Source: Eledone cirrhosa (Eukaryota). Taken from it: 64,000 nucleotides of DNA. Position numbers and translations under genes: made by a program. Under the pieces are notes generated by a model. It was not told the origin of the DNA and ran no database searches. It saw only the letters and a list, made by a program, of their open reading frames with translations. Of the stretch, positions 30,001 to 44,930 are shown piece after piece; the stretch's first letter is position 1; each line of letters opens with the position of its first letter. Location: the NCBI GenBank assembly GCA_964016885.1, contig OZ024743.1, positions 345,154,001 to 345,218,000 of the forward strand, given 5' to 3'.

Positions 30001-33000
30001 GTATGTCAGTATGTGGGTGTTGTATATGTATGTCTATGTACGTATGTCAGTATGTGTCTGTTGTATATGTATGTCTCTGTATGTATGTCAGTATGTGTGT
30101 GTTGTATATGTATGTCTCTGTATGTATGTCTGTATGTCTCTATGTGGGTGTTGTATATGTATGTCTATGTATGTATGTCTGTATGTGTGTGTTGTATATG
30201 TATGTCTCTGTATGTATGTCTGTATGTGGGTGTTGTATATGTATGTCTATGTATGTATGTCAGTATGTGGGTGTTGTATATGTATGTCTATGTATGTATG
30301 TCTGTATGTGGGTGTTGTATATGTATGTCTATGTATGTATGTCAGTATGTGTGTGTTGTATATGTATGTCTCTCTATGTATGTCTGTATGTGGGTGTTGG
30401 ATATGTATGTCTATCTATGTATGTCTGTATGTGGGTGTTGTATATGTATGTCTATGTATGTATGTCAGTATGTGGGTGTTGTATATGTATGTCTATGTAT
30501 GTATGTCAGTATGTGGGTGTTGTATATGTATGTCTATGTATGTATGTCAGTATGTGTGTGTTGTATATGTATGTCTCTGTATGTATGTCTGTATGTGGGT
30601 GTTGTTTATGTATGTCTATTTATATATGTATGTATGTGGGTGTGGTATATGTATGTCTATGTATGTATGTCAGTATGTGGGTGTTGTATATGTATGTCTA
30701 TGTATGTATGTCTGTATATGAGTGTTGTATATGTATGTCTATGTACGTATGTATGTATGTGGGTGTAGTATATGTATGTCTATGTATGTATGTCTGTATG
30801 TGGGTGTTGTATATGTATGTCTATCTATGTATGTCTGTATGTGGGTGTTGCATATGTATGTCTATGTATGTATGTCTATGTGGGTGTTGTATATGTATGT
30901 CTATGTATGTATGTCTGTATGTGGGTGTTGTATATGTATGTCTCTGTATATATGTCAGTATGTGAGTGTTGTATATGTATGTCTCTGTATGTATGTCAGT
31001 ATGTGGGTGTTGTATATTATGTCTCTGTATGTATGTCTGTATGTGGGTGTTGTATATGTATGTCTATGTGGGTGTTGTATATGTATGTCTATGTATGTAT
31101 GTCTGTATGTGGGTGTTGTATATGTATGTCTACGTATGTATGTCTGTATGTGGGTGTTTTATATGTATGTCTATGTATGTATGTCTGTATGTGGGTGTTG
31201 TATATGTATGTCTATGTATGTATGTCTGTATGTGGGTTTTGTATATGTATGTCTATGTATGTATGTCAGTATGTGAGTGTTGTATATATATGTCTCTGTA
31301 TGTATGTCTGTATGTGGGTGTTGTATATGTATGTCTATGTATATATGTCAGTATGTGAGTGTTGTATATTTATGTCTCTGTATGTATGTCAGTATGTGGG
31401 TGTTGTATATGTATGTCTATGTATGTATGTCAGTATGTGGGTGTTTTATATGTATGTCTATGTATGTATGTCTGTATGTGGGTGTTGTATATGTATGTCT
31501 ATGTATATATGTCAGTATGTGAGTGTTGTATATGTATGTCTATGTATGTATGTCTGTATGTGGGTGTTGTATATGTATGTCTATGTATGTATGTCTGTAT
31601 GTGGGTGTTGTATATGTATGTCTCTGTATGTATGTCTGTATGTGGGTGTTGTATTTGTATGTCTCTCTATGTATGTCAGTATGTGGGTGTTGTATATGTA
31701 TGTCTATGTATGCATGTCAGTATGTGGGTGTTGTATTTGTATGTCTCTCTATGTATGTCAGTATGTGGGTGTTGTATATGTATGTCTATGTATGCATGTC
31801 TGTATGTGGGTGTTGTATATGTATGTCTATGTATGTATGTCTGTATGTGGGTGTTGTATATGTATGTCTATGTATGCATGTCAGTATGTGGGTGTTGTAT
31901 TTGTATGTCTCTCTATGTATGTCAGTATGTGGGTGTTGTATATGTATGTCTATGTATGCATGTCTGTATGTGGGTGTTGTATATGTATGTATATGTATGC
32001 ATGTCTGTATGTGGGTGTTGTATATGTATGTCTATGTATGTATGTCTGTATGTGGGTGTTGTATATATATGTCTATGTATGCATGTCAGTATGTGGGTGT
32101 TGTATTTGTATGTCTCTCTATGTATGTCAGTATGTGGGTGTTGTATATGTATGTCTATGTATGCATGTCTGTATGTGGGTGTTGTATATGTATGTCTATG
32201 TATGTATGTCTGTATGTGGGTGTTGTATATGTATGTCTATGTATGTATGTCTGTATGTGGGTGTTGTATATGTATGTCTATGTATGTATGTCAGTACGTG
32301 GGTGTTGTATATGTATGTCTCTGTATGTATGTCAGTATGTGGGTGTTGTATATGTATGTCTATGTATGTATGTCTGTATGTGGGTGTTGTATATGTATGT
32401 CTATATATGTATGTCTGTATGTGGGTGTTGTATATGTACGTCTATGTATGTATGTCTGTATGTGGGTGTTGTATATGTATGTCTCTATATGTATGTCTGT
32501 ATGTGGGTGTTGTATATGTATTTCTCTGTATGTATGTCAGTATGTGTGTGTTGTATATGTATGTCTATGTATGTATGTCAGTATGTGTATGTATGTCTGT
32601 ATGTGTGTGTTGTATATATATGTCTCTGTATGTATGTCTGTATGTGGGTGTTGTATATGTATGTCTATGTATGTATGTCTGTATGTGGGTGTTGTATATG
32701 TATGTCTATGTATGTATGTCTGTATGTGGGTGTTGTATATGTATGTCTATGTATGTATGTCTGTATGTGGGTGTTGTATATGTATGTCTATGTATGTATG
32801 TCTGTATGTGGGTGTTGTATATGTATGTCTGTATGTGGGTGTTGTATATGTATGTCTATGTATGTATGTCAGTATGTGGGTGTTTTATATGTATGTCTAT
32901 GTATGTATGTCAGTATGTGGGTGTTGTATATGTATGTCTCTGTATGTATGTCAGTATGTGGGTGTTGTATATGTATGTCTCTGTATGTATGTCTGTATGT

Positions 33001-36000
33001 GGGTGTTGTATATGTATGTCTATGTATGTATGTCAGTATGTGGGTGTTGTATATGTATGTCTCTGTATGTATGTCTGTATGTGGGTGTTGTATATGTATG
33101 TCTATGTATGTATGTCAGTATGTGGGTGTTGTATATGTATGTCTATGTATGTATGTCAGTATGTGGGTGTTGTATATGTATGTCTATGTACGTATGTCAG
33201 TATGTGTCTGTTGTATATGTATGTCTCTGTATGTATGTCAGTATGTGTGTGTTGTATATGTATGTCTCTGTATGTATGTCTGTATGTCTCTATGTGGGTG
33301 TTGTATATGTATGTCTATGTATGTATGTCTGTATGTGTGTGTTGTATATGTATGTCTCTGTATGTATGTCTGTATGTGGGTGTTGTATATGTATGTCTAT
33401 GTATGTATGTCAGTATGTGGGTGTTGTATATGTATGTCTATGTATGTATGTCTGTATGTGGGTGTTGTATATGTATGTCTATGTATGTATGTCAGTATGT
33501 GTGTGTTGTATATGTATGTCTCTCTATGTATGTCTGTATGTGGGTGTTGGATATGTATGTCTATCTATGTATGTCTGTATGTGGGTGTTGTATATGTATG
33601 TCTATGTATGTATGTCAGTATGTGGGTGTTGTATATGTATGTCTATGTATGTATGTCAGTATGTGGGTGTTGTATATGTATGTCTATGTATGTATGTCAG
33701 TATGTGTGTGTTGTATATGTATGTCTCTGTATGTATGTCTGTATGTGGGTGTTGTTTATGTATGTCTATTTATATATGTATGTATGTGGGTGTGGTATAT
33801 GTATGTCTATGTATGTATGTCAGTATGTGGGTGTTGTATATGTATGTCTATGTATGTATGTCTGTATATGAGTGTTGTATATGTATGTCTATGTACGTAT
33901 GTATGTATGTGGGTGTAGTATATGTATGTCTATGTATGTATGTCTGTATGTGGGTGTTGTATATGTATGTCTATCTATGTATGTCTGTATGTGGGTGTTG
34001 CATATGTATGTCTATGTATGTACGTCTGTATGTGGATGTTGGATATGTAGGTCTATCTATGTATGTCTGTATGTGGGTGTTGTATATGTATGTCTATGTA
34101 TGTATGTCTGTATGTGGGTGTTGTATATGTATGTCTATGTATGTATGTCTGTATGTGGGTGTTATATATGTATGTCTGTATGTGGGTGTTGTATATGTAT
34201 GTCTATGTATGTATGTCTGTATGTGGGTGTTGTATATGTATGTCTATGTATGTATGTCTGTATGTGGGTGTTGTATATGTATGTCTATGTATGTATGTCA
34301 GTATGTGGGTGTTTTATATGTATGTCTATGTATGTATGTCAGTATGTGGGTGTTGTATATGTATGTCTCTGTATGTATGTCTGTATGTGGGTGTTGTATA
34401 TGTATGTCTATGTATGTATGTCAGTATGTGGGTGTTGTATATGTATGTCTATGTATGTATGTCAGTATGTGGGTGTTGTATATGTATGTCTATGTACGTA
34501 TGTCAGTATGTGTCTGCTGTATATGTATGTCTCTGTATGTATGTCAGTATGTGTGTGTTGTATATGTATGTCTCTGTATGTATGTCTGTATGTCTCTATG
34601 TGGGTGTTGTATATGTATGTCTATGTATGTATGTCAGTATGTGGGTGTTGTATATGTATGTCTATGTATGTATGTCAGTATGTGTGTGTTGTATATGTAT
34701 GTCTCTCTATGTATGTCTGTATGTGGGTGTTGGATATGTATGTCTATCTATGTATGTCTGTATGTGGGTGTTGTATATGTATGTCTATGTATGTATGTCA
34801 GTATGTGGGTGTTGTATATGTATGTCTATGTATGTATGTCAGTATGTGGGTGTTGTATATGTATGTCTATGTATGTATGTCAGTATGTGTGTGTTGTATA
34901 TGTATGTCTCTGTATGTATGTCTGTATGTGGGTGTTGTTTATGTATGTCTATGTATATATGTATGTATGTAGGTGTTGTATATGTATGTCTATGTATGTA
35001 TGTCAGTATGTGTGCGTTGTATTTGTATGTCTATGTATGTATGTCTGTATGTGGGTGTTGTATATGTATGTCTATGTATGTATGTCTGTATGTGGGTGTT
35101 GTATATGTATGTCTATGTATGTATGTCTGTATGTGTGTGTTGTATTTGTATGTCTATGTATGTATGTCTGTATGTGGGTGTTGTATATGTATGGCTATGT
35201 ATGTATGTCTGTATGTGGGTGTTGTATATGTATGGCTATGTATGTATGTCAGTATGTGGGTGTTGTATATGTATGTCTATGTATGTATGTCTGTATGTGG
35301 GTGTTGTATATGTATGGCTATGTATGTATGTCTGTATGTGGGTGTTGTATATGTATGTCTCAGTATGTATGTCTGTATGTGGGTGTTGTAGATGTATGTC
35401 TATATATGTATGTCAGTATGTGGGTGTAGTATATGTATGTCTATGTATGTATGTCTGTATGTGGGTTTTGTATATTTATGTCTATGTATGTATGTCTGTA
35501 TGTGGGTGTTTTATATGTATGTCTATGTATGTATGTCAGTATGTGGGTGTTGTATATGTATGTCTATGTATGTATGTCAGTATGTGGGTTTTGTATATTT
35601 ATGTCTATGTATGTATGTCTGTATGTGGGTGTTGTATATGTATGTCTATGTATGTATGTCAGTATATGGGTGTTGTATATGTATGTCTATGTATGTATGT
35701 CTGTATGTGGGTGTTTTATATGTATGTCTATGTATGTATGTCAGTATGTGGGTGTTGTATATGTATGTCTATGTATGTATTTCTGTATGTGGGTTTTGTA
35801 TATTTATGTCTATGTATGTATGTCTGTATGTGGGTGTTGTATTTGTATGTCTATGTATGTATGTCTGTATGTGGGTGTTGTATTTGTATGTCTATGTATG
35901 TATGTCTGTATGTGGGTGTTGTATATGTATGTCTATGTATGTCCGTCAGTATGTGGGTGTTATATATGTATGTCTCTGTATGTATGTCTGTATGTAGGTG

Positions 36001-38400
36001 TTGTATATGTATGTCTATGTATGTATGTCTGTATGTGGTTGTTGTATTTGTATGTCTCTGTATGTATGTCTGTATGTGGTATTGTATATGTATGTCTATG
36101 TATGTACGTCAGTATGTTGGTGTTATATATGTATGTCTCTGTATGTATGTCTGTATGTGGGTGTTGTATATGTATGTCTATGTATGTATGTCTGTATGTG
36201 GGTGTTGTATATGTATGTCTATGTATGTCTGTATGTGGGTGTTGTATATGTATGTCTCTGTATGTATGTCAGTATGTGGGTGTTGTATATGTATGTCAAT
36301 GTATGTCTGTATGTGGGTGTTGTATATGTATGTCTCTGTATGTATGTCTGTATGTGGGTGTTGTATTTGTATGTCTATGTATGTTTGTCTGTATGTGGGT
36401 GTTGTATATGTATGTCTATGTATGTCTATGTATGTATGTCTGTATGTGGGTGTTGTATAAGTAAGTCTCTGTATGTATGTCTGTATGTGGGTGTTGTATA
36501 TGTATGTCTGTATGTATATCTGTATGTGGGTGTTGTATATGTATGTCTATGTATGTATGTCTGTATGTGGGTGTTGTATATGTATGTCTGTATGTATATC
36601 TGTATGTGGGTGTTGTATATGTATGTCTATGTATGTATGTCTGTATGTGGGTGTTGTATATGTATGTCTACGTATGTATGTCTGTATGTGGGTGTTGTAT
36701 ATGTATGTCTATGTATGTATGTCTGTATGTGAGTGTTGTATATGTACGTCTATGTATGTATGTCTGTATATGGGTGTTGTATATGTATGTCTATGTATGT
36801 ATGTCCGTATGTGGGTGTTGTATATGTATGTCTATGTATGTATGTCTGGATGTGGGTGTTGTATATGTATGTCTATGTATGTATGTCAGTATGTGGGTTT
36901 TGTATATGTATGTCTATGTATGTATGTCTGTATGTGGGTGTTGTATATGTATGTCTATGTATGTATGTCTGTATGTGAGTGTTGTATATGTATGTCTGTA
37001 TGTGGGTGTTGTATATGTATGTCTCTGTATGTATGTCTGTATGTGAGTGTTGTATTTGTATGTCTGTATGTGGGTGTTGTATATGTATGTCTATGTATGT
37101 ATGTCTGTATGTGGGTGTTGTATTTGTATGTCTATATGTGGGTGTTGTATATGTATGTCTATGTATGTATGCCAGTATGTGGCTTTTGTATATGTATGTC
37201 TATGTATGTATGTCTGTATGTGGGTGTTGTATATGTATGTCTCTGTATGTATGTCTGTATGTGGGTGTTGTATATGTATGTCTATGTATGTATGTCTGGA
37301 TGTGGGTGTTGTATATGTATGTCTATGTATGTATGTCAGTATGTGGCTGTTGTATATGTATGTCTCTGTATGTATGTCTGTATGTGGGTGTTGTATATGT
37401 ATGTCTATGTATGTATGTCTGTATGTTGGTGTTGTATATGTATGTCTCTGTATGTATGTCTGTATGTGGGTGTTGTATATGTATGTCTATGTATGTATGT
37501 CTGTATGTGGGTGTTGTATATGTATGTCTATGTATGTATGTCAGTATGTGGGTGTTGTATATGTATGTCTATGTATGTATGTCTGTATGTGGGTGTTGTA
37601 TATGTATGTCTCTGTATGTATGTCTGTATGTGGGTGTTGTATATGTATGTCTATGTATGTATGTCTGTATGTGGGTGTTGTATATGTATGTCTGTATGTA
37701 TGTCTGTATGTGGGTGTTGTATATGTATGTCTATGTATCTATGTCAGTATGTGAGTGTTGTATATGTATGTCTCTGTATGTATGTCAGTATGTATGTCAG
37801 TATGTGGGTGTTGTATATGTATGTCTATGTATGTATGTCTGTATGTGGGTGTTGTATATGTATGTCTATGTATGTATGTCAGTATGTGGGTGTTGTATAT
37901 GTATGTCTGTATGTATGTCTGTATGTGTGTGTTGTATATGTATGTCTCTGTATGTATGTCTGTATGTGGGTGTTGTATATGTATGTCTCTGTATGTATGT
38001 CTGTATGTGGGTGTTGTATTTGTATGTCAATGTATGTATGTCTGTATGTGGGTGTTGTATATGTATGTCTATATATGTATGTCTGTATGTGGGTGTTGTA
38101 TATGTATGTCTATGTATGTATGTCTGTATTTGGGTTTCGTATATGTATGTCTATGTATGTATGTCAGTATGTGGGTGTTGTATTTGTATGTCTATGTATG
38201 TATGTCTGTATGTGAGTGTTGTATATGTATGTCTATGTATGTATGTCTGTATGTGGGTGTTGTATATGTATGTGTCTGTATGTATATCAATATGTGGGTG
38301 TTGTATTTGTATGTCTATGTATGTATGTCTGTATGTGAGTGTTGTGTTTGTATGTATGTGTATATATATGCATAATGTGAGTGTTGTCTTTTTATGTATA
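1..38400. repeat. 41-bp satellite array, consensus GTATGTGGGTGTTGTATATGTATGTCT(A/C)TGTATGTATGTC(T/A); ~930 monomers, runs off the left edge
   Basis: GGGTGTTG recurs every 41 nt. Shorter deletion variants occur: 33 nt at 871-903, 27 nt at 904-930, 25 nt near 17,270-17,295. The + strand is G/T-rich and the unit is built from TATG subrepeats. The array decays after ~35 kb. Confidence 0.98.
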
Positions 38401-38620
38401 TATGTATGTCAGTATGGGCGTGTTATGTTTTTATGTGTGTGTGTATGTATATCTGTATATATGTGTGTCAGTGTGTGAGGGTGTTTGCGTGCGTGTGCGT
38501 GCGTGTATGTGCGTTCATGGTGAATATGTGTATGTGTTTGCATGACTGATTTATATTCGCACATTTAATATTTGTTTATGCTAGTCTATATATTAGCCTG
38601 TGTATGCGCATGTATGCGAA
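38400..38620. repeat. Degenerate (TG)n/(TATG)n low-complexity transition at the satellite edge
   Basis: The 41-bp register is lost; GTGT, GCGT and TATG runs remain. Confidence 0.7.
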
Positions 38621-39116
38621 AGTGTATTCATTTTTTTTGTATGATAATTTGCATTGTGTCGTTGTTTAGCACCAGCCCAGAATTGGTTAGGGACATCTTT
38701 AACCATAAACTTGCTAGGTAATCCCATCCATGTCTCAGACACAAATTGTCTACGACTAGACTGTCCAGAGTATACTACAAAACGTTATGGTAAAGTATTA
38801 CGAAATTTAGCTGCTATTTCTAGAAGTTAATGCAGCCACATAGGTGAACCCGTGATTTATACATCTGTTTGTTTTCTAAACGTAAATGCGTATGTATCTA
38901 TATGTATATGGACATTTGTATACGCGAGTATTTGATTATGTACGGGCGTGTCTATATATGGGCAATCGTGTGTATGTGTGGGCGGATCCATTGTGTTTGT
39001 ACACACAGATTTGTATATGTCGTTACTTGCATTTATGTATGTGAGTATATAGGTTTCTCTGTGCATGCTTCTGTGTGTACTTGTGTGCCCTTGCGTATGT
39101 ATGAGTTATGTATATG

Positions 39117-39149
<33 letters not shown>

Positions 39150-39348
39150 GTTTGTGTGTGTGTGAATATGTTTGTGTGTATGTGTGTGTGTGTGTGAGTG
39201 ATTCTGTCGGGAGTTTTGACAACACATCCTACTCCCTATGATGGATCACTTTAGAAGGAAAATTGAAAATTGAACATCAGGTCAAACACGCGCACAGTCA
39301 CAGTCACACGTGCATGAACGCTCACAACATATACACGCCTGCAATTAA

Positions 39349-39432
<84 letters not shown>

Positions 39433-40053
39433 GCACATGCACAAATGCAGATGCAACACACACACATAGACACACACATATATGCATGTAGGCATATGCT
39501 CACAACATACATGTTTGCATGTAAGCACATTAGCACACGCAAACACTCACATCGCTGAAATACATACACAGAGGGAGCATACACGTACATATATATAAAC
39601 CTAGGTGTAAACTCAAAACGGATACAAATTTAAAAGCATGCACTCATATTTACGGATATACTTTCACACATACACACACACAAACACTGACTAAAATACA
39701 CATAAGCGCAGAGAGAAAAACACCACCTATATATACTTGCATTAACGCACAGAAACCTATGCACAAGTACAATTACACTCATGTAAATCCGTGAACACTG
39801 CTATCAAGATCATTACGACAACAACCATATATACCAACTATACTGCCAGCCACCATTTTCTTTTTGTGGACACCCGTTGTATTTCATATTTTTTTTTTAG
39901 GCCTCGAGGTCTAACCCCGTTGGCTGTTGCATCATTCTATTTTTACTTTGTCAGCATATCTTGATTTAGCTGCAAATTTCACTCAAGTATCAAAGTATAC
40001 TTGCCAAGTATTAGTGTTAATTTACGATAGCATACGAATTGTTTCATATATGT

Positions 40054-40330
40054 ATGATGATAATAGTGCCGATGGTTATGTTAGTGATGATGATATTGAC
40101 GATGATGCTGGTGATGATAATGGTGATGATAATGGTAATGTCGATTTGGGGTGTTATGGTAGTGATGATGATGATGATGTGAAAAAAGTATGACAATGAT
40201 GGCGTTAATGTGGGTGTCAATGATTATGAGAAGTATTATATTGCTTCTGACGCTAAACATGCTGCTGCTGATTCTGGCGGTGGTAAATCGCCTTCATTGC
40301 AATTACTAGACAAATGAGATGATGGTGGCG
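40054..40330. repeat. Degenerate (GAT/GGT/AAT)n trinucleotide repeat
   Basis: gatgataatagt...gatgatgatgatgatg; produces the spurious Asp-rich ORF 39927-40193. Confidence 0.8.
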
Positions 40331-40699
40331 ACAGCAGTGCTGATATCAATAAATTAAACAAAAAGAAATAACATCATTAACAATAACAATTGTAGTGACA
40401 GTCTCACCCTCCCACCCGCCACCACCCCGCCTTCATCTACATAAAATAATAACAGGAATAAATAAGCGATAACGAAACAAAAACAAGACAATTTTCATTA
40501 AAAGTGAAAAGCTGGCGGTCACAATGCCAGTGATATTGTAAATTAGAGGAAGGGTCACTCCCAACATATATGGAGATGGAAGTAATATTGTCCAATGACA
40601 GATGACATTTAGAATCAATGACCTGTCAAAGCAAGATGGGGCAGACAGCGTTAAGTTGATAGAAAATAAGAAATTTGGAGTTTAAATATATTTAGGGTA

Positions 40700-41445
40700 C
40701 AATCTATCTAAATATAACTCTACATCTAACACTAAATTAAAACTAAAATTTACCCTAAACTTAAATATGAATCTAAACTTAACCATAAGCCTGAACCTGA
40801 CCTGTAACCTAACCATAACACTAACACTAATCCTACTCTTTATCCTAACACTAACCATAACAATAAACCTAACCTTAATGTTTACCCAAGCACTAACCCT
40901 AAATCCTAATAGTAACTGTAACACTAAACGTAAAAATAATCCTAAACTAAGCATAAACATCACACTAACCGTAAACCTACCTCGAACTCTAACGATACCC
41001 CTAACTCTAAAACTAATACTAAATCCTAATAGTAACCGTAACAGTAAAGTTTAAAATAATCCGAAACCTAACGATAAGCATCGCACTAACCCTAAAACTA
41101 CCTCTAACGCTAAGGCTGTCCCTAACCATATCCCAAGCACTAAACCTATAATTACCATTAATCATAACACTGACATTCAGCCTAAACCTAACATGATCCT
41201 AAACCGAAGCTTAACCCTTTCTCTAATACTAACCCTAACTCTGATCCTAATCCTAAACATAATCCTATTCCTATTCCTAAGCCCTAACCCAAACCATAAC
41301 CCTAAACCTAAAACTACCATCCGTCTCTAAAACTAACCCTAACCCCTCACTCTAATCCTAACTCTAACCCTAAATCTAACCCTCACCCTAACACGAACCT
41401 TAAATTTAACTTTAACGCTAACAATAACCCGAAACCTAACTTTGT
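40700..41445. repeat. Degenerate telomere-like hexamer tract (CCCTAA variants)
   Basis: 6-nt periodicity of xxxTAA units (CCCTAA, ACCTAA, CTCTAA, TCCTAA, CACTAA, CCATAA) over ~750 bp. Confidence 0.85.
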
Positions 41446-42166
41446 TCATAAACTGAAGTCCTAAGCATAGACAATATATATATATATATACACACATATT
41501 ATGAGGATTGGAATTACGAAAGAATGAGTCCTTGATCAGTAAACATATAAGTATGTTATATTAATCAATATACACGACAACAAAGCATTTTGGTGGTAAT
41601 TAGAGTTATGAATCCGATTAATCTAGCATGCAACATAAATCTACAGCCTAATGTTTGAAGTGAACTATGGTGTTTATCAATGTTCATCTTTAATTCTTGA
41701 AGTTTACTATAGAAACCTTGCCCGCGTTGCTCAAAATTCATCCTTAGCTTCTGGCCTTCATTCAACAAGACGCGCACAATACCTCAAAGCGCTCGGAGAC
41801 CAGTCACCGAAAGGCCGTCGCAACACTGTTTCCATTCAGACAGATGAAGGGATTCAAATGAGACAATATGTTACGTTAGACAAAAAAAACAACAACAAAA
41901 AAACAAAAAAAAAACAACAAACAAATATATTCGACAACATGTTTTTTTCTCCCACGACCTGACAGTCCTAGATTGAAACAGTACTTTTAAAAAAAAAAAT
42001 AAAAAAATCTTTTCAAAGGGATTAAGCACTGGTAGTAAACAAGATCCCGGAAACATGTACATGGTTTCGTGCACACTAGATTACTCTGCTACTATTAATT
42101 ACATTCTATCATGAAACTGATTATTAAAAAAGAAATATGTTTAGTTACAATATAAATATATATACA

Positions 42167-42436
42167 TAAGCTATCGCCGTATTTTGACTAAAGAAATTAA
42201 AGAAATTATTTAGCCTGATAGTGGGGTTAAGAACCCTCCGAGAAATGGAAAAAGATGAGTATTGACGTATCCCATGTACGTCAATACTCATCTTTTTCCA
42301 TTTATCCGATTATCCGAGGGTTCCTAACCCCACTATCAGGCTAAATAATCTCTTTAATTTCTTTAGCCAAATTACGGCGATAGCTTACATTTCTAATAAT
42401 TTCAAGCCCACTCGCTGTTTCGAAAATATTCTTACT
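42167..42436 (+). mobile_element. Fold-back (palindromic) element abutting (TA)n; probable PLE 3'-end fragment
   Basis: Inverted arms 42167-42269 and 42277-42387 with a 7-nt loop. The right arm continues ~50 bp into the (TA)n tract, the same asymmetry as the 54.6-56.1 kb PLE palindrome. Confidence 0.6.
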
Positions 42437-42438
42437 AT

Positions 42439-43147
<709 letters not shown>

Positions 43148-43186
43148 TATATATTTATATATATATATATATATACATATATATAC

Positions 43187-43325
<139 letters not shown>

Positions 43326-43517
43326 CATACACACACATATAAATACATATATATATGAGGGTGTATAGGTTTGCTTGAAGCATTGTGAAATATGTAAAAT
43401 ACGTAGTTTAGAAAGCCACAACAATGCAGATGGGAAATCTCGAGGTACAAACATGTACAAACACATCTACAGATATACACATATATACACATATACAAAA
43501 TACATAAATACACATAC

Positions 43518-43613
<96 letters not shown>

Positions 43614-43647
43614 GTATATATATATATATATATACAAATATACAAAT

Positions 43648-43695
<48 letters not shown>

Positions 43696-44098
43696 GGCCC
43701 GCTACTGAATAAACTCTATGAACACTGTCCGAACTACATGCACAAAAACTTTGCAACTTTCAAATAACTTAAACCACTGTTAATGCCCGATGGCTAAAAA
43801 CGATGTCACCCCTTTTTTTTTTTAAACGACAAAATAGCCCCTCTACCTCCTTCCCACCCCACCCTAACCCTCCTCAACCTGAAACACGCCACTATAGTTA
43901 TGTAAGTACCTCTTACCTATCTGCACTTTCTGCTTGTAGAGCTGTTTTTATGCGCCTGTGTGTTTGCGCATATTTATGAGTACATGTTTGTATGTATTTG
44001 TATGAGTGGCCGTTCGTTAGTATGCATATCGCTGTGTGTACGTGAGTTCATATGTACCTGCACGTATATATATATATATATATATATATATTCATAAA

Positions 44099-44099
<1 letters not shown>

Positions 44100-44180
<81 letters not shown>

Positions 44181-44190
44181 TAATAATAAT
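44100..44190. repeat. (AAT)n microsatellite, ~30 units
   Basis: Near-perfect taataataa run. Confidence 0.97.
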
Positions 44191-44264
44191 AAAATTGAAG
44201 ACTAAAATCCAAAGAGGGCTCGATAAGGAAAATATATATCAAATATATAAGAACCGTAGAGCAA

Positions 44265-44401
44265 ATATTTATTAAAATAACAGATTAAAGTTTAAGCAAA
44301 GAATCGCTGCTTTCACCCTTAACGGGATCTTCTGAAGATCCCGTTGAGGGTGAAAACAGCGATTCTTTGCTTAAACTTTAATCTGTTATTTTAATAAATA
44401 T
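44265..44401. mobile_element. Short near-perfect palindrome next to (TA)n (family A, copy 1) with an HHR-like half
   Basis: ~68-bp arms centred at 44333. Each arm reads C(T/A)GAAGA-TCCCGTT(G/A)AGGGT-GAAA...AATAAA-(TA)n. Same sequence as 53995-54150. Confidence 0.7.
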
Positions 44402-44623
44402 ATATATATATATATGTATATATATATGTATATTTGTGTGTATATGTATATGTATGTGTATTTATATATGTATGTATGTATGTATGTATATATATATATG
44501 TATATATATATGTATATATATATGTATATATGAGCGTGTGTATATACATATATATATATATATATATATAGGTGTATATATACATATATATATATATATG
44601 CGTATATATATATGTATATATGC

Positions 44624-44684
<61 letters not shown>

Positions 44685-44887
44685 AGTATGTACACGTACA
44701 TACATATATGTATACAGACACACAGTAGTATGTATATATATATACATACATGCACACACATATATATGTACGTATGGATTCACCAAACATTTATTATAAT
44801 GCTGGGTGTGTTTGTAAACAAACATCCCATATTAAGCCGTAGTGTGCCACAACCATCGATCCTCGTTTGTTCAACACTGACAAAGGA

Positions 44888-44930
44888 ACGCTGTACTAGT
44901 TTCAAGCTTGTTAGCTATCGTCAGCAACGT
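44888..44930 (-). ncRNA. Minimal type-I hammerhead ribozyme
   Basis: ACGTTG-CTGACGA-T AGCT AACA AGCT T-GAAA-CTAG-TA-CAGCGT. Canonical CUGANGA/GAAA/UH core, helix I ACGTTG/CAGCGT (one U-G pair), palindromic CTAG helix III. Confidence 0.85.

Noticed and set aside
1-38400. CRISPR-like regular repeat
   Set aside because: No unique spacers, no cas genes, and a eukaryotic context.
1-38400. G-quadruplex potential from the GGG in each monomer
   Set aside because: G-tracts are ~38 nt apart, too far for a conventional intramolecular G4.
12-38478. Giant ORFs (up to 2413 aa) of M/Y/V/C/L in all three + frames
   Set aside because: The 41-bp unit has no stop codon on the + strand and 41 is not a multiple of 3, so all frames give the same peptide. 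Frame-shifting length variants are tolerated freely, so this is a satellite artefact.
38655-38856. Possible diverged SINE-like repeat next to the satellite edge
   Set aside because: Only a vague resemblance (TTAGCTGCTATTTCTAG); no Pol III boxes or boundaries could be established.
40682-41054. Hydrophobic LNLTL-type ORFs
   Set aside because: Translation of the hexamer repeat.
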